A DNA stretch of 24,306 bases from an uncultured archaeon (GCA_964592405.1 CAZQBY010000004.1:18034-42339), one strand, 5' to 3'. Numbered from the stretch's first letter, positions 1-9,146 are shown. Translations and numbers: made by a program. Notes: generated by a model from the letters alone, not told the origin.

Positions 1-56
1 CAGCGCCGATGTAGTGTTATCCCATTATCCGACCTGCATTGATACAGAGATCATTC

Positions 57-90
57 TTTTTATACATTTCCCCATTTTTATACATTCCCC
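57..90 (+). promoter_or_regulatory. Tandemly duplicated TATA-like box upstream of the pilin-like gene
   Basis: TTTTTATACATTTCCCC (57-73) and TTTTTATACATTCCCC (75-90) lie upstream of ATG 122. Confidence 0.45.
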
Positions 91-121
91 TCTTATTTTT
101 TTTGTCCTTTGAATTTGCCAG

Positions 122-895
122 ATGGAAAAAACTACTAAAAAAGGACAGACAGCTATCGAATATCTCATTATGGTGGTTATTGTAATAACATGCGCTCTTA
201 CCCTCCTCCTTTTTCTCTAGTCCACAACTACAGAGACGACAGAAACTGCTACGGGGACTGTTGGTACTATACATGAGCGCCTCTCCGGCGAGTGGGTAGA
301 CGTCTGCGGAGATGGAGAGTGTAGCCCGGGTGAGAATTGCCAGAACTGTCTTAAAGACTGTGGGCAATGCTCATTGAGTTGCGGTGATGGAACCTGCTCT
401 CCAGATGAAAACTGCCACAATTGCCCGACCGACTGTGGTACCTGTGCATCTACATGTGGCGATAACACCTGTAATCCCGGTGAGACCTGTCAAACATGTC
501 CAGAAGACTGCGGACCCTGTGCCCTGACATGCGGCGATGGAACCTGTGATAATGGTGAGACCTGTATAACCTGCCCGACCGACTGTGGGCCCTGTCTCCC
601 ACCCCCGGAATGCGGCGACGGGACCTGTAGCTTTCCGGAAACAGCCATCAGCTGCCCGCAGGACTGCCCACTTCTGGTGTGTGGCAACGGATATTGTGAT
701 TCTGGTGAGGATTGTGGAAACTGCCCGCAGGACTGCGTGTGCGGGGCGAATTGTTGTGACATAGCCTGCGACATATTTGACTATGATACAGGGGAATTTG
801 TATGCTCAATGGATAACTGCGATCCGGACTGTGAGCATGGGACTCAGAGGTGTCCAGTCGGGCCGGATCCTGACTGTCAGCCGGAAGGAGGATAA
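122..895 (+). pseudogene. Class III signal peptide (pilin-like) Cys-rich repeat protein, interrupted by one in-frame TAG at 218-220 (pseudogene, readthrough or sequence error)
   Basis: Manual translation from ATG 122: MEKTTKKGQTAIEYLIMVVIVITCALTLLLFL*STTTETTETATGTVGTIHERLSGEWVDVCGDGEC... This is the same frame as track ORF 374-895. KG/QxxxEY plus a hydrophobic stretch is the archaeal class III signal. Six CG(D/N)GxCxxxExCxxCPxDC-type repeats follow. Confidence 0.75.
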
Positions 896-916
896 CGACT
901 TGGGAATAAACAAAAG

Positions 917-3900
917 ATGGATAAAAGGAAAACAATTCCAGCGGCCTTGGCATTCCTCTTAGGGTTTATAATCCTCACAAGCGCCAGTGCCCAGGACTGC
1001 TGGGACAACGATGGAGATGGCGCCTATGATGTTGCATGCGGCGGAAGAGACTGCGATGACAGCGACCCCAGCGTCTGTAGTGGTGACTCCCGCCTTGGCC
1101 CCGGACAGTGCCACAATCAGGTTGAGATGGATGCCCTGTGTGGAGACGGCAAGGACAACGACTGTGATGGCAAGACTGACTGCGAAGATGAATGGTGTCA
1201 GGTTCCGCCAAGATTACACAACAGCATCTGGTTTGAGATAGATGGTGTCTGGCAACAGAATGAAACACCGGGCGCCTACAGATGCAGATGCATCCGCGAG
1301 AACAGGTGTTGTGACAGAGATGGAGATGGCGCCTATGATGTTGCATGCGGCGGAAGAGACTGCGATGACAGCGACCCCAGCGTCTGTAATGGTGACTCCC
1401 GTCTTGGCCCCGGACCCTGCCACAATCAGGCTGAGATGGGTGCCCTGTGTCGAGACGACAAGGATAACGACTGTGATGGCAAGCCCGATTGCAAAGATGA
1501 ATGGTGTCACGGGATTACATGGATGGAAGAAGGCATTGTAAACGGAAAAAAGATTTCATACAACTGCAAATGTGCCCAGACTCCTGGATTTTCTATAAAA
1601 TGGTATAACAAATGTTGTGATGTAGACGGGGATGGCAACTATGAAACCTGCTGTGGAGACATGAAGTTGCAAGAAGTGGAGGAATGCGATATTACGGCAT
1701 TTAGAGGATCTACCTGTCCGGAGGGCACAGAGTGCAAGTCATGTAAGTGCGTTGGAGCCTGTCCTCCGGAAAAACCAATATATGTCCGAGGGCAAAATTC
1801 CAGCGATTATCTCTGTTGTGAGTCAGATTCTCCCGGCGTCTGGAGGGAGAAAAAGGGGTTTTTTGACTCTGAACTTGTCAGATGCTGTAGAAAAGACGAG
1901 AAAGTTTTCACTTATCCACGTCACCCTAAGAACCTTTCAATCTGCTGTAGCAATACTACACTTGGAATCGAAACCAAGCCAAACATGAGGTGCTGTCCTT
2001 ATGGGAATATAAGCATTGGGCCAACGGGCGATTGTAAACCATACAGCTTTGTTTCTATTTGCTGTGATCCAGAGGACATTCCATACTTTACCACATATAA
2101 TGATACTTACGAGAATAAAACTTATATTTGTAATGTACCAGTCGCATGTTGCAAACCCGAGGAGACTTATGATTATGAAAAACATGAGTGCCATGAAAGC
2201 TGTTGTAGTGATGACCGCCATTGTAGTTCAAGGTGTGGAAAACAGGTTACTTCCATATTTCTTGGATTCATGCTTTTTAAGGGATTTTGGAGAAAGATGA
2301 TTTTTACCGAGCACTGTAATGAGGGTTACTGTAAGGAGGACAAAACCAAACCGATTTTACCAAAGGGAGCTTCTTGGCTGATGAGGGAGGGTTGCGATGA
2401 AGAAATATCATCTGATGTGGATCTATGTGGCAGAAATGTTACAAGGGCCCACTTCAGCTGTGAGGAGTGTGGCAGCCACTGCGTTGACAACTCAGTTGAA
2501 TATCTAAAATGCGCTGATGACAAACCTGAGTGCATCAGGGATCACCTGAAAGACTGCACCAGTGAGGGCAAGGTCTGTATCGAGCACAAGAAAGGCAGTT
2601 GGAAGGATGGGAAGCTGATGTCTGCCGCCTGTGAGGACTGTCCAAAAAGTGTTAATTTTGTAACAAACACCCTAGAGCATATGGTCATGGAACAAGATGG
2701 CATGAAATATTGGACCGGATGGGAGAAAAGCTATACCTCTGAGGCCACTTTTGTGGGAGCCTTTACACCGGAGGAGTGTTTTGATATAATAAAAAGGATA
2801 TGTGAGGTTAGGAAAAAACGCAAGTGTCCCGGTAAGTTAACAGTCATCTTCTCCAATCACGGAAAACCCGGCATACAAGGATTTTCATTTTTTGGTTTAA
2901 TTCGGTTTGATGCGGATTATGTGAAAAAGATATATGACAATGACAAATACAAGGGCTTGAAGGACTGCATAGGCACAATAGTATATACTGGGTGCAGCAC
3001 GGGGGCTGGCTTGAAAGGAAAACTACTGCTGGATAGGACCTCCACCCTGTTATCAGACACGGCGGTTGCCGCCACTGGGAATGTTCACCCGGATTACGAC
3101 TCCTGCGAGGGCAAAATAAGGGGCGATAAACCACCCATATCATTCACTCATGGAAAGGAAGACCCGCCATTCAGGACATTACAGGTCAGAGGTAACACAG
3201 TCTACTTCGCAACAGAAAGTGATAGCCCCTATCCGGGACTGGATGGAGATGCCTATTGGGTTCAGACCGAGGGGGATATAGGCAGTGTGGAAATCGCAAT
3301 TCGGACCGATAAGGATCTGATAGGTGCTCTTGATGAAGAGAAGGCGTTCCTGACCCCATCACTCTGTGATTTTGAACTTGTGGATCGCCGGGAGTTCACG
3401 GTTGACAGCAGCACTGATGTAATATCAATTGGGAACTTTGAGATGCGCTTCCCACATGGGCAAGTGCGCGATGGAACAAGGATAACCCTAACCTGGCTGA
3501 AGGCAGATTGTTCCAGATTCTATGAGTATAACCCGTCTCACTTCACACCACCAGATGCAGAGGATGTCAAGATAGCCCATGAGCTTATGGAGGCCGGAGT
3601 CTATACAGGGGAGGAATACAACGAGATTGTATCCATGCACAGGAATGGATGGGAGTGTACAAGGGATGAACATTGTCAGGGTTTGAACTGTCCGGTCAGC
3701 AAGGTCCCATGTCAGCACATATGTGTTGAGCATACCTGCCAACTACTGGAGCGGCCGTGCGGGCAATACTGCCAACGCATACCCGGTGATGTGGCAGCGC
3801 CGTTTGGTATACTGGATGAATGGGATCTACGTGCCCTCAGGGAGATGGTCCACAAGCCGGAGATTACAACATCCTGTGCTGATGTCTCCTACCAGACAGA

Positions 3901-4192
3901 TCCGACTAGTGCATGTCTTGTCACACAAGATGATTATTCTCTCCTTCTCTCGCGAATCAGACCATTCAGGCAGCAGGAAATTCACTGTTCGGGTGCTGAC
4001 ATGAACGGCGATGGTGAAATCAACGAGCGTGATATCACAACAATTCAACAATTGGCCAATGCCCGGCTTTCAAGAACCACCGACTCAAATGGCAGGATCT
4101 GTGGCGATTTGGATGGTGATGGTAGGGTCACAAAGAGGGATATGGACATAGTAATAAGAATGGTCTTTTTGTCCAGAGTGAAACAGGACTGA
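917..4192 (+). CDS. Secreted Cys-rich multidomain protein: MopE-like Asp/Cys repeats, CC repeats, DUF4347/caspase-like domain, C-terminal dockerin-like repeats
   Basis: Sec signal (MDKRK...ASA-Q). Two DxDGDG...DCDDSDP...DNDCDGxxDC units. SNHGKPG (H648) and YTGCSTG (C693). Dockerin/EF-hand loops ADMNGDGEINERD and GDLDGDGRVTKRD. Confidence 0.8.
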   Translation: MDKRKTIPAALAFLLGFIILTSASAQDCWDNDGDGAYDVACGGRDCDDSDPSVCSGDSRLGPGQCHNQVEMDALCGDGKDNDCDGKTDCEDEWCQVPPRLHNSIWFEIDGVWQQNETPGAYRCRCIRENRCCDRDGDGAYDVACGGRDCDDSDPSVCNGDSRLGPGPCHNQAEMGALCRDDKDNDCDGKPDCKDEWCHGITWMEEGIVNGKKISYNCKCAQTPGFSIKWYNKCCDVDGDGNYETCCGDMKLQEVEECDITAFRGSTCPEGTECKSCKCVGACPPEKPIYVRGQNSSDYLCCESDSPGVWREKKGFFDSELVRCCRKDEKVFTYPRHPKNLSICCSNTTLGIETKPNMRCCPYGNISIGPTGDCKPYSFVSICCDPEDIPYFTTYNDTYENKTYICNVPVACCKPEETYDYEKHECHESCCSDDRHCSSRCGKQVTSIFLGFMLFKGFWRKMIFTEHCNEGYCKEDKTKPILPKGASWLMREGCDEEISSDVDLCGRNVTRAHFSCEECGSHCVDNSVEYLKCADDKPECIRDHLKDCTSEGKVCIEHKKGSWKDGKLMSAACEDCPKSVNFVTNTLEHMVMEQDGMKYWTGWEKSYTSEATFVGAFTPEECFDIIKRICEVRKKRKCPGKLTVIFSNHGKPGIQGFSFFGLIRFDADYVKKIYDNDKYKGLKDCIGTIVYTGCSTGAGLKGKLLLDRTSTLLSDTAVAATGNVHPDYDSCEGKIRGDKPPISFTHGKEDPPFRTLQVRGNTVYFATESDSPYPGLDGDAYWVQTEGDIGSVEIAIRTDKDLIGALDEEKAFLTPSLCDFELVDRREFTVDSSTDVISIGNFEMRFPHGQVRDGTRITLTWLKADCSRFYEYNPSHFTPPDAEDVKIAHELMEAGVYTGEEYNEIVSMHRNGWECTRDEHCQGLNCPVSKVPCQHICVEHTCQLLERPCGQYCQRIPGDVAAPFGILDEWDLRALREMVHKPEITTSCADVSYQTDPTSACLVTQDDYSLLLSRIRPFRQQEIHCSGADMNGDGEINERDITTIQQLANARLSRTTDSNGRICGDLDGDGRVTKRDMDIVIRMVFLSRVKQD
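1010..1509 (+). repeat. Intragenic direct repeat, two ~191-bp copies (1010-1200 and 1319-1509)
   Basis: About 13 mismatches by manual comparison, first ~70 nt identical, offset 309 nt (in frame). Confidence 0.9.
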
Positions 4193-4228
4193 ATTTCTGC
4201 CCACAAGGAGTTCTCACTACAGGATTTT

Positions 4229-5131
4229 TCAACACTTATCACAAAAACTCCTGACAACTTCGGGCACTCTGCTTAGATCATCCACTATTACGTCCGCTCC
4301 AGCTTTCCTGAGTGACTCTTCGCTGGCTATCCCTGTTTTGACACAGATGACTCTTATACCGGCGTTCTTTGCAGCTAGGACATCAGAAACCGAGTCTCCT
4401 ACAAGTATGTAATCATCCTTTACTTCGTTTATTTCTACTTCATCCATTTTGTGGCAGTTGCGCCCCTCGTGGGTAAATATTGCGCGCAGTATTGGATATG
4501 GGTCTGGTTTTCCAAGATGCTTATTCCTCTTTCTGCTCTCCTCACTAACCTCTGTCTCAGTTACAATCAGCCCAGACTCAAAGTAGTCCCAGATGCCCCA
4601 TCGCTTGAGTGGAAGCTCAGCTTCTTTATAGGGTCTCCCTGACACTATTCCAAGCTTCAGCCCCATATCCCTCATCTCCTCCAGCGCCTTCTTTATCTTT
4701 TCGAGGGGTATCACCGGCTCGTCAGTCCCCTCCAGTTCATAGTAACATACCTGAAACAGCTTGTGCATGGCTTTCCAAGTTCTTTCCTCTCTACCATGCT
4801 TGACAGACGGGTCCAGCTCATCTAAGAGCTTGAGGTAATCCATACCTTCATATCTGCGCTTTTTTAGCTCTTCTAGGAACCATCTTGCATCCTTTTTTAC
4901 TTTGCTCAGGATGGAAACTGCATAGGTTATGTCCCAGTTGGAGTTTATCCCACTTTCCTTGAATCCCTGAATGATATCGTCAGGAAGAAGACTCCGGGCC
5001 ATTTTGATCTTCTCCCCCGTCTTATCTGGTATCCTAATACCCAAATATTTCGCAAGAGCAAGACCCGAGCAGTTCCAGTATATCCTCTCCGAGGTTATGA
5101 CACCATCCAGGTCTAAGAGAACGGCTTTCAC
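4229..5131 (-). CDS. HAD-superfamily hydrolase (candidate histidinol-phosphate-type phosphatase)
   Basis: Motifs DLDGV, SGRP, LGKPDP and VGDSVSD. Start re-called to GTG 5131, which gives a GTGA overlap with the hisB stop and the N-terminus MKAVLLDLDG. Confidence 0.85.
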   Translation of the reverse strand: MKAVLLDLDGVITSERIYWNCSGLALAKYLGIRIPDKTGEKIKMARSLLPDDIIQGFKESGINSNWDITYAVSILSKVKKDARWFLEELKKRRYEGMDYLKLLDELDPSVKHGREERTWKAMHKLFQVCYYELEGTDEPVIPLEKIKKALEEMRDMGLKLGIVSGRPYKEAELPLKRWGIWDYFESGLIVTETEVSEESRKRNKHLGKPDPYPILRAIFTHEGRNCHKMDEVEINEVKDDYILVGDSVSDVLAAKNAGIRVICVKTGIASEESLRKAGADVIVDDLSRVPEVVRSFCDKC

Positions 5132-5757
5132 TTTAGAGTACCCTTTACCCCGACTGTTGTACCCTTTCTCCACGGATTTGGCTCGAACGCCTCCCGCAGC
5201 GCCTCGCCCAGCGCGCGGAAGACGCTTTCCCAGGCGTGGTGCGGGTCTTTGCCGGCTTCCACGGTTATCCTTATAGTCGCCCCCAAGCCGAGCGCCAGCC
5301 CGTCCAGAAAGTCGTCCAGGTCGCAGGTCTTCATGTCCTCAACCTCTGTCATGTCTGTGGCTGCATTACCCTCAAATATGAGCTTGGGCCTGCCCTCTAT
5401 GCTGACTGCTGCAGTCGCGGAGCCCTCGTCTATTATGCTTCTTGAGGCTCCTTCGACACCCTTTTTCATCCTCTTTTCAAACATTGCACGCAGCGCGGAG
5501 CCCAAAACTATACCCGAGTCTTCTGCGATGACGTGCGTCAGCTTAAAGTTCTTGGCATAGAACTTGAAGTCCACGTTCAAGTTCATGCGCCACGCTATCG
5601 TCTCAATCATGTGGTTCAGGAATTGCAGGCCGGTGTCTATCCTAGTCTCGCGCCTCTTGCCCGCGTCTATCCTGCAGGTTATCTTGGACTCGCGAGTGGT
5701 CCGCTCAGCCACAACTTCGCTTTCCGTAGCCTTCTTTATTTCCGCTCCGACCATCAT
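5128..5757 (-). CDS. hisB: Imidazoleglycerol-phosphate dehydratase family protein, divergent
   Basis: RTTRES, IDTGLQFLNHM, DE, GRP, DPHHAWE and C-terminal KGTL. The first HHxxE motif reads HVIAE. Confidence 0.8.
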   Translation of the reverse strand: MMVGAEIKKATESEVVAERTTRESKITCRIDAGKRRETRIDTGLQFLNHMIETIAWRMNLNVDFKFYAKNFKLTHVIAEDSGIVLGSALRAMFEKRMKKGVEGASRSIIDEGSATAAVSIEGRPKLIFEGNAATDMTEVEDMKTCDLDDFLDGLALGLGATIRITVEAGKDPHHAWESVFRALGEALREAFEPNPWRKGTTVGVKGTLK

Positions 5758-7034
5758 TCAAACCTCACTCTAACCGAGTTGGTGTGGGCTGGAAATCCTT
5801 CAAACTCCGAGAGCACTGTTATTGTCCCTTTCAGATTTCTAAGTCCTTCCTTGGACAGCTTCTCAACAGTTGGCCTTCTCAGAAACGTATCTACTGAAAC
5901 CCCTGAATACCTCCGTCCAAAACCACCGGTTGGCAGTATCGCGTTCGGCCCGGCCGCGAAGTTGCCAGCTGTTATCGGTGTGTACGGCCCCAGACAGTAG
6001 GTCCCTGCAGTCTTCAGTTTTTTTAGGGTCTCTTCCGGATTCCTTGTGTTTATTACCAAGTGCTCCGGAGCATAGTCATTGACAAACTCTATTGCATCCT
6101 TCATATTCCTGCATAAAACTATCCCAGAGTATTTCCGCATATTCTCTTTGACATAATCCTTCCTGACATCATCTAATTTCTCCATCATGTAATAAAACTC
6201 CTTCTGGACCGCTAGTGCAAGCTCCTGTGAGTCTGTGACCAGAACGGCAGCTGAGTCAGGGCCGTGTTCTGCCTCACTTAAAACGTCCGCCGCCACAAAC
6301 CTCGCATTTGCATACTTGTCGGCCAGAACCATCCCCTCACTCGGGCCCGGCGGGAAGTCTATCCTCACATCGTTCCTTACCAGCCTCTGCGCCGCCGACA
6401 CGTAAGGCCCCCCCGGTCCGGCGATTACGTCACACTTTGGAATACTCTGCGTGCCGTATGCCATAGCGGCTATTGCTTGGACGCCGCCCACCTTGAAGAC
6501 TCTGTCCACGCCGCAGATATCCGCAGCCACTAGGCTAGCCACGTCTAGTCTGCCATCCTCTTGGGGTGGCGTGCAAACAATAACCTCTTCCACCCCAGCC
6601 ACCTTGGCTGGAACTGCCAGCATGAGCATGACTGAGGGATATACGGCCTTGCCGCCTGGGACATACAGTCCTGCCCTTTTGACAGGCGCGACAAGTCTCC
6701 TCACCTCGACACCCGTCTCAACCTCCATGCGGAGTTCTTCGGGCATCTGCTTCTCATGAAACTTCTTGATATTCTTGTATGCGCGCTGGATGGCATTGAA
6801 CAAACTCTTGTCAATCGCGTCATACGCGCGCTTGAGCTCATCCTTTGAAACCTCCATCGCGCTCAGATCGATGCTGTCAAACTTCTTCGTGTACTCCAAG
6901 ACGGCCTTGTCGCCCCGCTTCCTGACATCCTCTATGACTGCACGCGCAGCCTTCTCAGCCTCAGCCACATCCTTCTCCGCGCGCATCATGAATTCTTTTG
7001 TAACCTCATCCCTTTCCAGAATTTGTAATTTCAT
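5754..7034 (-). CDS. hisD: Histidinol dehydrogenase family protein, divergent
   Basis: GLYVPGGKAVYPS, GGVQAIAAMAYGT, GPSE, AEHGP, APEHL and EGFPAH. Non-canonical SEAEH and GNFAAGPNAILPT. Confidence 0.88.
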   Translation of the reverse strand: MKLQILERDEVTKEFMMRAEKDVAEAEKAARAVIEDVRKRGDKAVLEYTKKFDSIDLSAMEVSKDELKRAYDAIDKSLFNAIQRAYKNIKKFHEKQMPEELRMEVETGVEVRRLVAPVKRAGLYVPGGKAVYPSVMLMLAVPAKVAGVEEVIVCTPPQEDGRLDVASLVAADICGVDRVFKVGGVQAIAAMAYGTQSIPKCDVIAGPGGPYVSAAQRLVRNDVRIDFPPGPSEGMVLADKYANARFVAADVLSEAEHGPDSAAVLVTDSQELALAVQKEFYYMMEKLDDVRKDYVKENMRKYSGIVLCRNMKDAIEFVNDYAPEHLVINTRNPEETLKKLKTAGTYCLGPYTPITAGNFAAGPNAILPTGGFGRRYSGVSVDTFLRRPTVEKLSKEGLRNLKGTITVLSEFEGFPAHTNSVRVRFE

Positions 7035-7059
7035 CTCTTTTACCTATCTGTTAGTGCGC

Positions 7060-7911
7060 TCATTTGACAAGCCTCTCGATGGGCAGGACCAAGACATCCC
7101 TGCCCCCGAGTCCCTTCAGCTTCTTGATGAGCTCCAGAATCTCCCTTTCCTCCACAACCATTTGTGCTGATATCCAGCCCGGCTTGTCGAGTTTTGTGAC
7201 GGTGGGCGACAGCATCCCCTTGCTGGTCTTCTCCAGCTCTTCCAGCTTGTCCTCGGGCATGTTGACCATCAGGTACCTCTTCTTCTCGGCCGAAACTACA
7301 CCCTGTATATCCATAAGCAACTCATCCAAGGTACTGCCCCGACACTCCCTGTTGGCTATTATCACCGCGCACGACTTCAGGATGGTATCCACAGCCCTTA
7401 ATCCATGGGTCCTGAGGGTTGATCCGGTGGATGTCAAATCAACTATGGCATCGGCCATCCCAATAACAGGAGCAACCTCAACGGCGCCGGACAACTGGAT
7501 TATCTCCACCTTCTTGTTGTTTCTTTTGAAATAACTCTTGGCACTGTTGACGAACTTGGTTGCCACTCTCATTCCATCTTTGATATCCTTGACACTCCTT
7601 ATGCCGGAATCCTCCTTGACTGCCAGCACCAGCGAACAGTAGCCGAAGTTCAGCTCCATGAGTTCATTGACCCTTACACCCTTCTCATATACGATATCCC
7701 GTCCGACTATACCAACATCGGCTGCTCCGCTCTCCACGAACTCAGGTATGTCCTCTACTCTGGCTGCAATTATGTCTATGCTCTCGTTGTTGGTTTTAAT
7801 AAAGAGAGCCTTCTCACTGGATTCCAACATCCTCAATCCGGCGTTCTTCAGCAGCTCCACGGCCGGCTCTCGTAGCCGCCCCTTATTTGGTATGGCGATC
7901 CTCAGTTTCAT
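7060..7911 (-). CDS. hisG: ATP phosphoribosyltransferase, long form
   Basis: IAIPNKGRL, DVGIVGRD, ATKF, GAVEVAP and DLTSTGSTL, with a C-terminal regulatory domain (SPTV, GGRDVLVLPIE). Confidence 0.95.
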   Translation of the reverse strand: MKLRIAIPNKGRLREPAVELLKNAGLRMLESSEKALFIKTNNESIDIIAARVEDIPEFVESGAADVGIVGRDIVYEKGVRVNELMELNFGYCSLVLAVKEDSGIRSVKDIKDGMRVATKFVNSAKSYFKRNNKKVEIIQLSGAVEVAPVIGMADAIVDLTSTGSTLRTHGLRAVDTILKSCAVIIANRECRGSTLDELLMDIQGVVSAEKKRYLMVNMPEDKLEELEKTSKGMLSPTVTKLDKPGWISAQMVVEEREILELIKKLKGLGGRDVLVLPIERLVK

Positions 7912-9146
7912 CCCAGCACCTCCTTTATGATATTTTCTCTCCTAATGGTCCTCTGCTTCCCTGTTTCCATATCCCTGATTGTAATCTCCCCTTTCTCCAA
8001 GTCTTTCTGGCCGACTATGACTACCATCTGTGCTCCACTCCTGTTTGCATATTTCATCTGGTTGGAGAAATTGCGTCCCAGCAGATCTCCTTCGGCCGAT
8101 ATTCCACTCTCCCTCAGTTCCTTGAGAATCTGCAGCGCAGTTTCCTCTGATCTCTCATCCGCACACAGGACATATGCACGCACTCCCCGGCTCTTTGGCA
8201 GCAGCTTCTTCTCACGCATTACCTCAATTATCCTCTCCACTCCCAAGCTTATACCAACGGCCGGCATCTCCTTCCCCGATATCTGCCCTATAAGCTTGTC
8301 GTATCTGCCCCCACCGGCGATAGAACCATATGAACCCAATTCAACCTCAAAGATGGGCCCGGTGTAGTAGTCCAGCCCGCGGACCATGCTGAGGTCGATG
8401 GCGACACCCTTCTTATAGGCCCTGAGAAGCTTGAGAAGCTCCTCCAGCTCCCTGACGCCCTCTGTCTCTCCCACCAGCTTGCGGATTCCCTGGATATCCT
8501 TGGTCTTCAGCGCCTTGAACAGCTCGTCGATTTTCTGGATGCCCGCCGCCTCCAGCTCCTTCCGCACGGCGCCCTCGCCCTGCTTCTCCAGCTTGTCCAG
8601 CGCTCGGAAGACCGCCAGCTCTTTATCCTTCGGGATGCCGATTTTCACGAGTATGTCATCCAGCACCTTCCTGCTGTTGATTTTGAACCTGAAACCCCTC
8701 AGTCCAAGCGCTTCTAGGGCATCTATGGCGCACGAGACTATTTCAGCGTCTGCTTTCATGCTGGCAACGCCCACGATGTCCACGTCGCACTGCCAGAACT
8801 CGCGGTAGCGCCCCTTCTGGGGCCGGTCGAAGCGCCACACCCGCGAGATGCAGTAGCGCTTGAATGGCATGGGCAGCTGGTTCATGGCGACCATGCGCAC
8901 TAGCGGCACGGTCAGGTCATACCGCAGGGCCAGCTTCCTGCCGCCCAGGTCCTCAAATTTGTAAATCAGCTTCTCCTCCTCGCCGTACTTACCCTCCAGC
9001 AGCTCGGCGTACTCGAAGGCGGGCGTTTCTGCGGGGGCGAAGCCGTAGAGCTCAAAGGTAGCCCTAATCCTGTCCACCACCTCCTGGCGCTTGGCCATCT
9101 CCTCAGGGAGGAAATCCCTGGTCCCTGGCGGTGTTTCAAGTTTCAT
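7908..9146 (-). CDS. hisS: Histidine--tRNA ligase
   Basis: GTRDFLP, LRYDLTVP, RPQKGRYREFWQCDVD, RGLDYYTG and GGGRYD, with an intact anticodon-binding domain (so not HisZ). Confidence 0.96.
   Translation of the reverse strand: MKLETPPGTRDFLPEEMAKRQEVVDRIRATFELYGFAPAETPAFEYAELLEGKYGEEEKLIYKFEDLGGRKLALRYDLTVPLVRMVAMNQLPMPFKRYCISRVWRFDRPQKGRYREFWQCDVDIVGVASMKADAEIVSCAIDALEALGLRGFRFKINSRKVLDDILVKIGIPKDKELAVFRALDKLEKQGEGAVRKELEAAGIQKIDELFKALKTKDIQGIRKLVGETEGVRELEELLKLLRAYKKGVAIDLSMVRGLDYYTGPIFEVELGSYGSIAGGGRYDKLIGQISGKEMPAVGISLGVERIIEVMREKKLLPKSRGVRAYVLCADERSEETALQILKELRESGISAEGDLLGRNFSNQMKYANRSGAQMVVIVGQKDLEKGEITIRDMETGKQRTIRRENIIKEVLG

Noticed and set aside
218-220. Genome-wide TAG reassignment
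   Set aside because: yjbQ stops at TAG at its expected C-terminus, and the spt5 and rpl11 TAGs are followed by intergenic-type sequence. No other conserved gene here has an internal TAG.
17-367. 116-aa minus-strand ORF
   Set aside because: It overlaps the better-supported pilin-like frame and its promoter, and its repeated MYK arises from the TATA duplication.
1010-1509. Repeat pair as a diversity-generating retroelement TR/VR
   Set aside because: The mismatches include C/T and G/C changes and are not adenine-specific. Both copies are in-frame coding, and there is no reverse transcriptase in the window.
7908-9146. HisZ rather than HisS
   Set aside because: The catalytic motifs and anticodon-binding domain are intact, and the neighbouring HisG is the long form that does not need HisZ.
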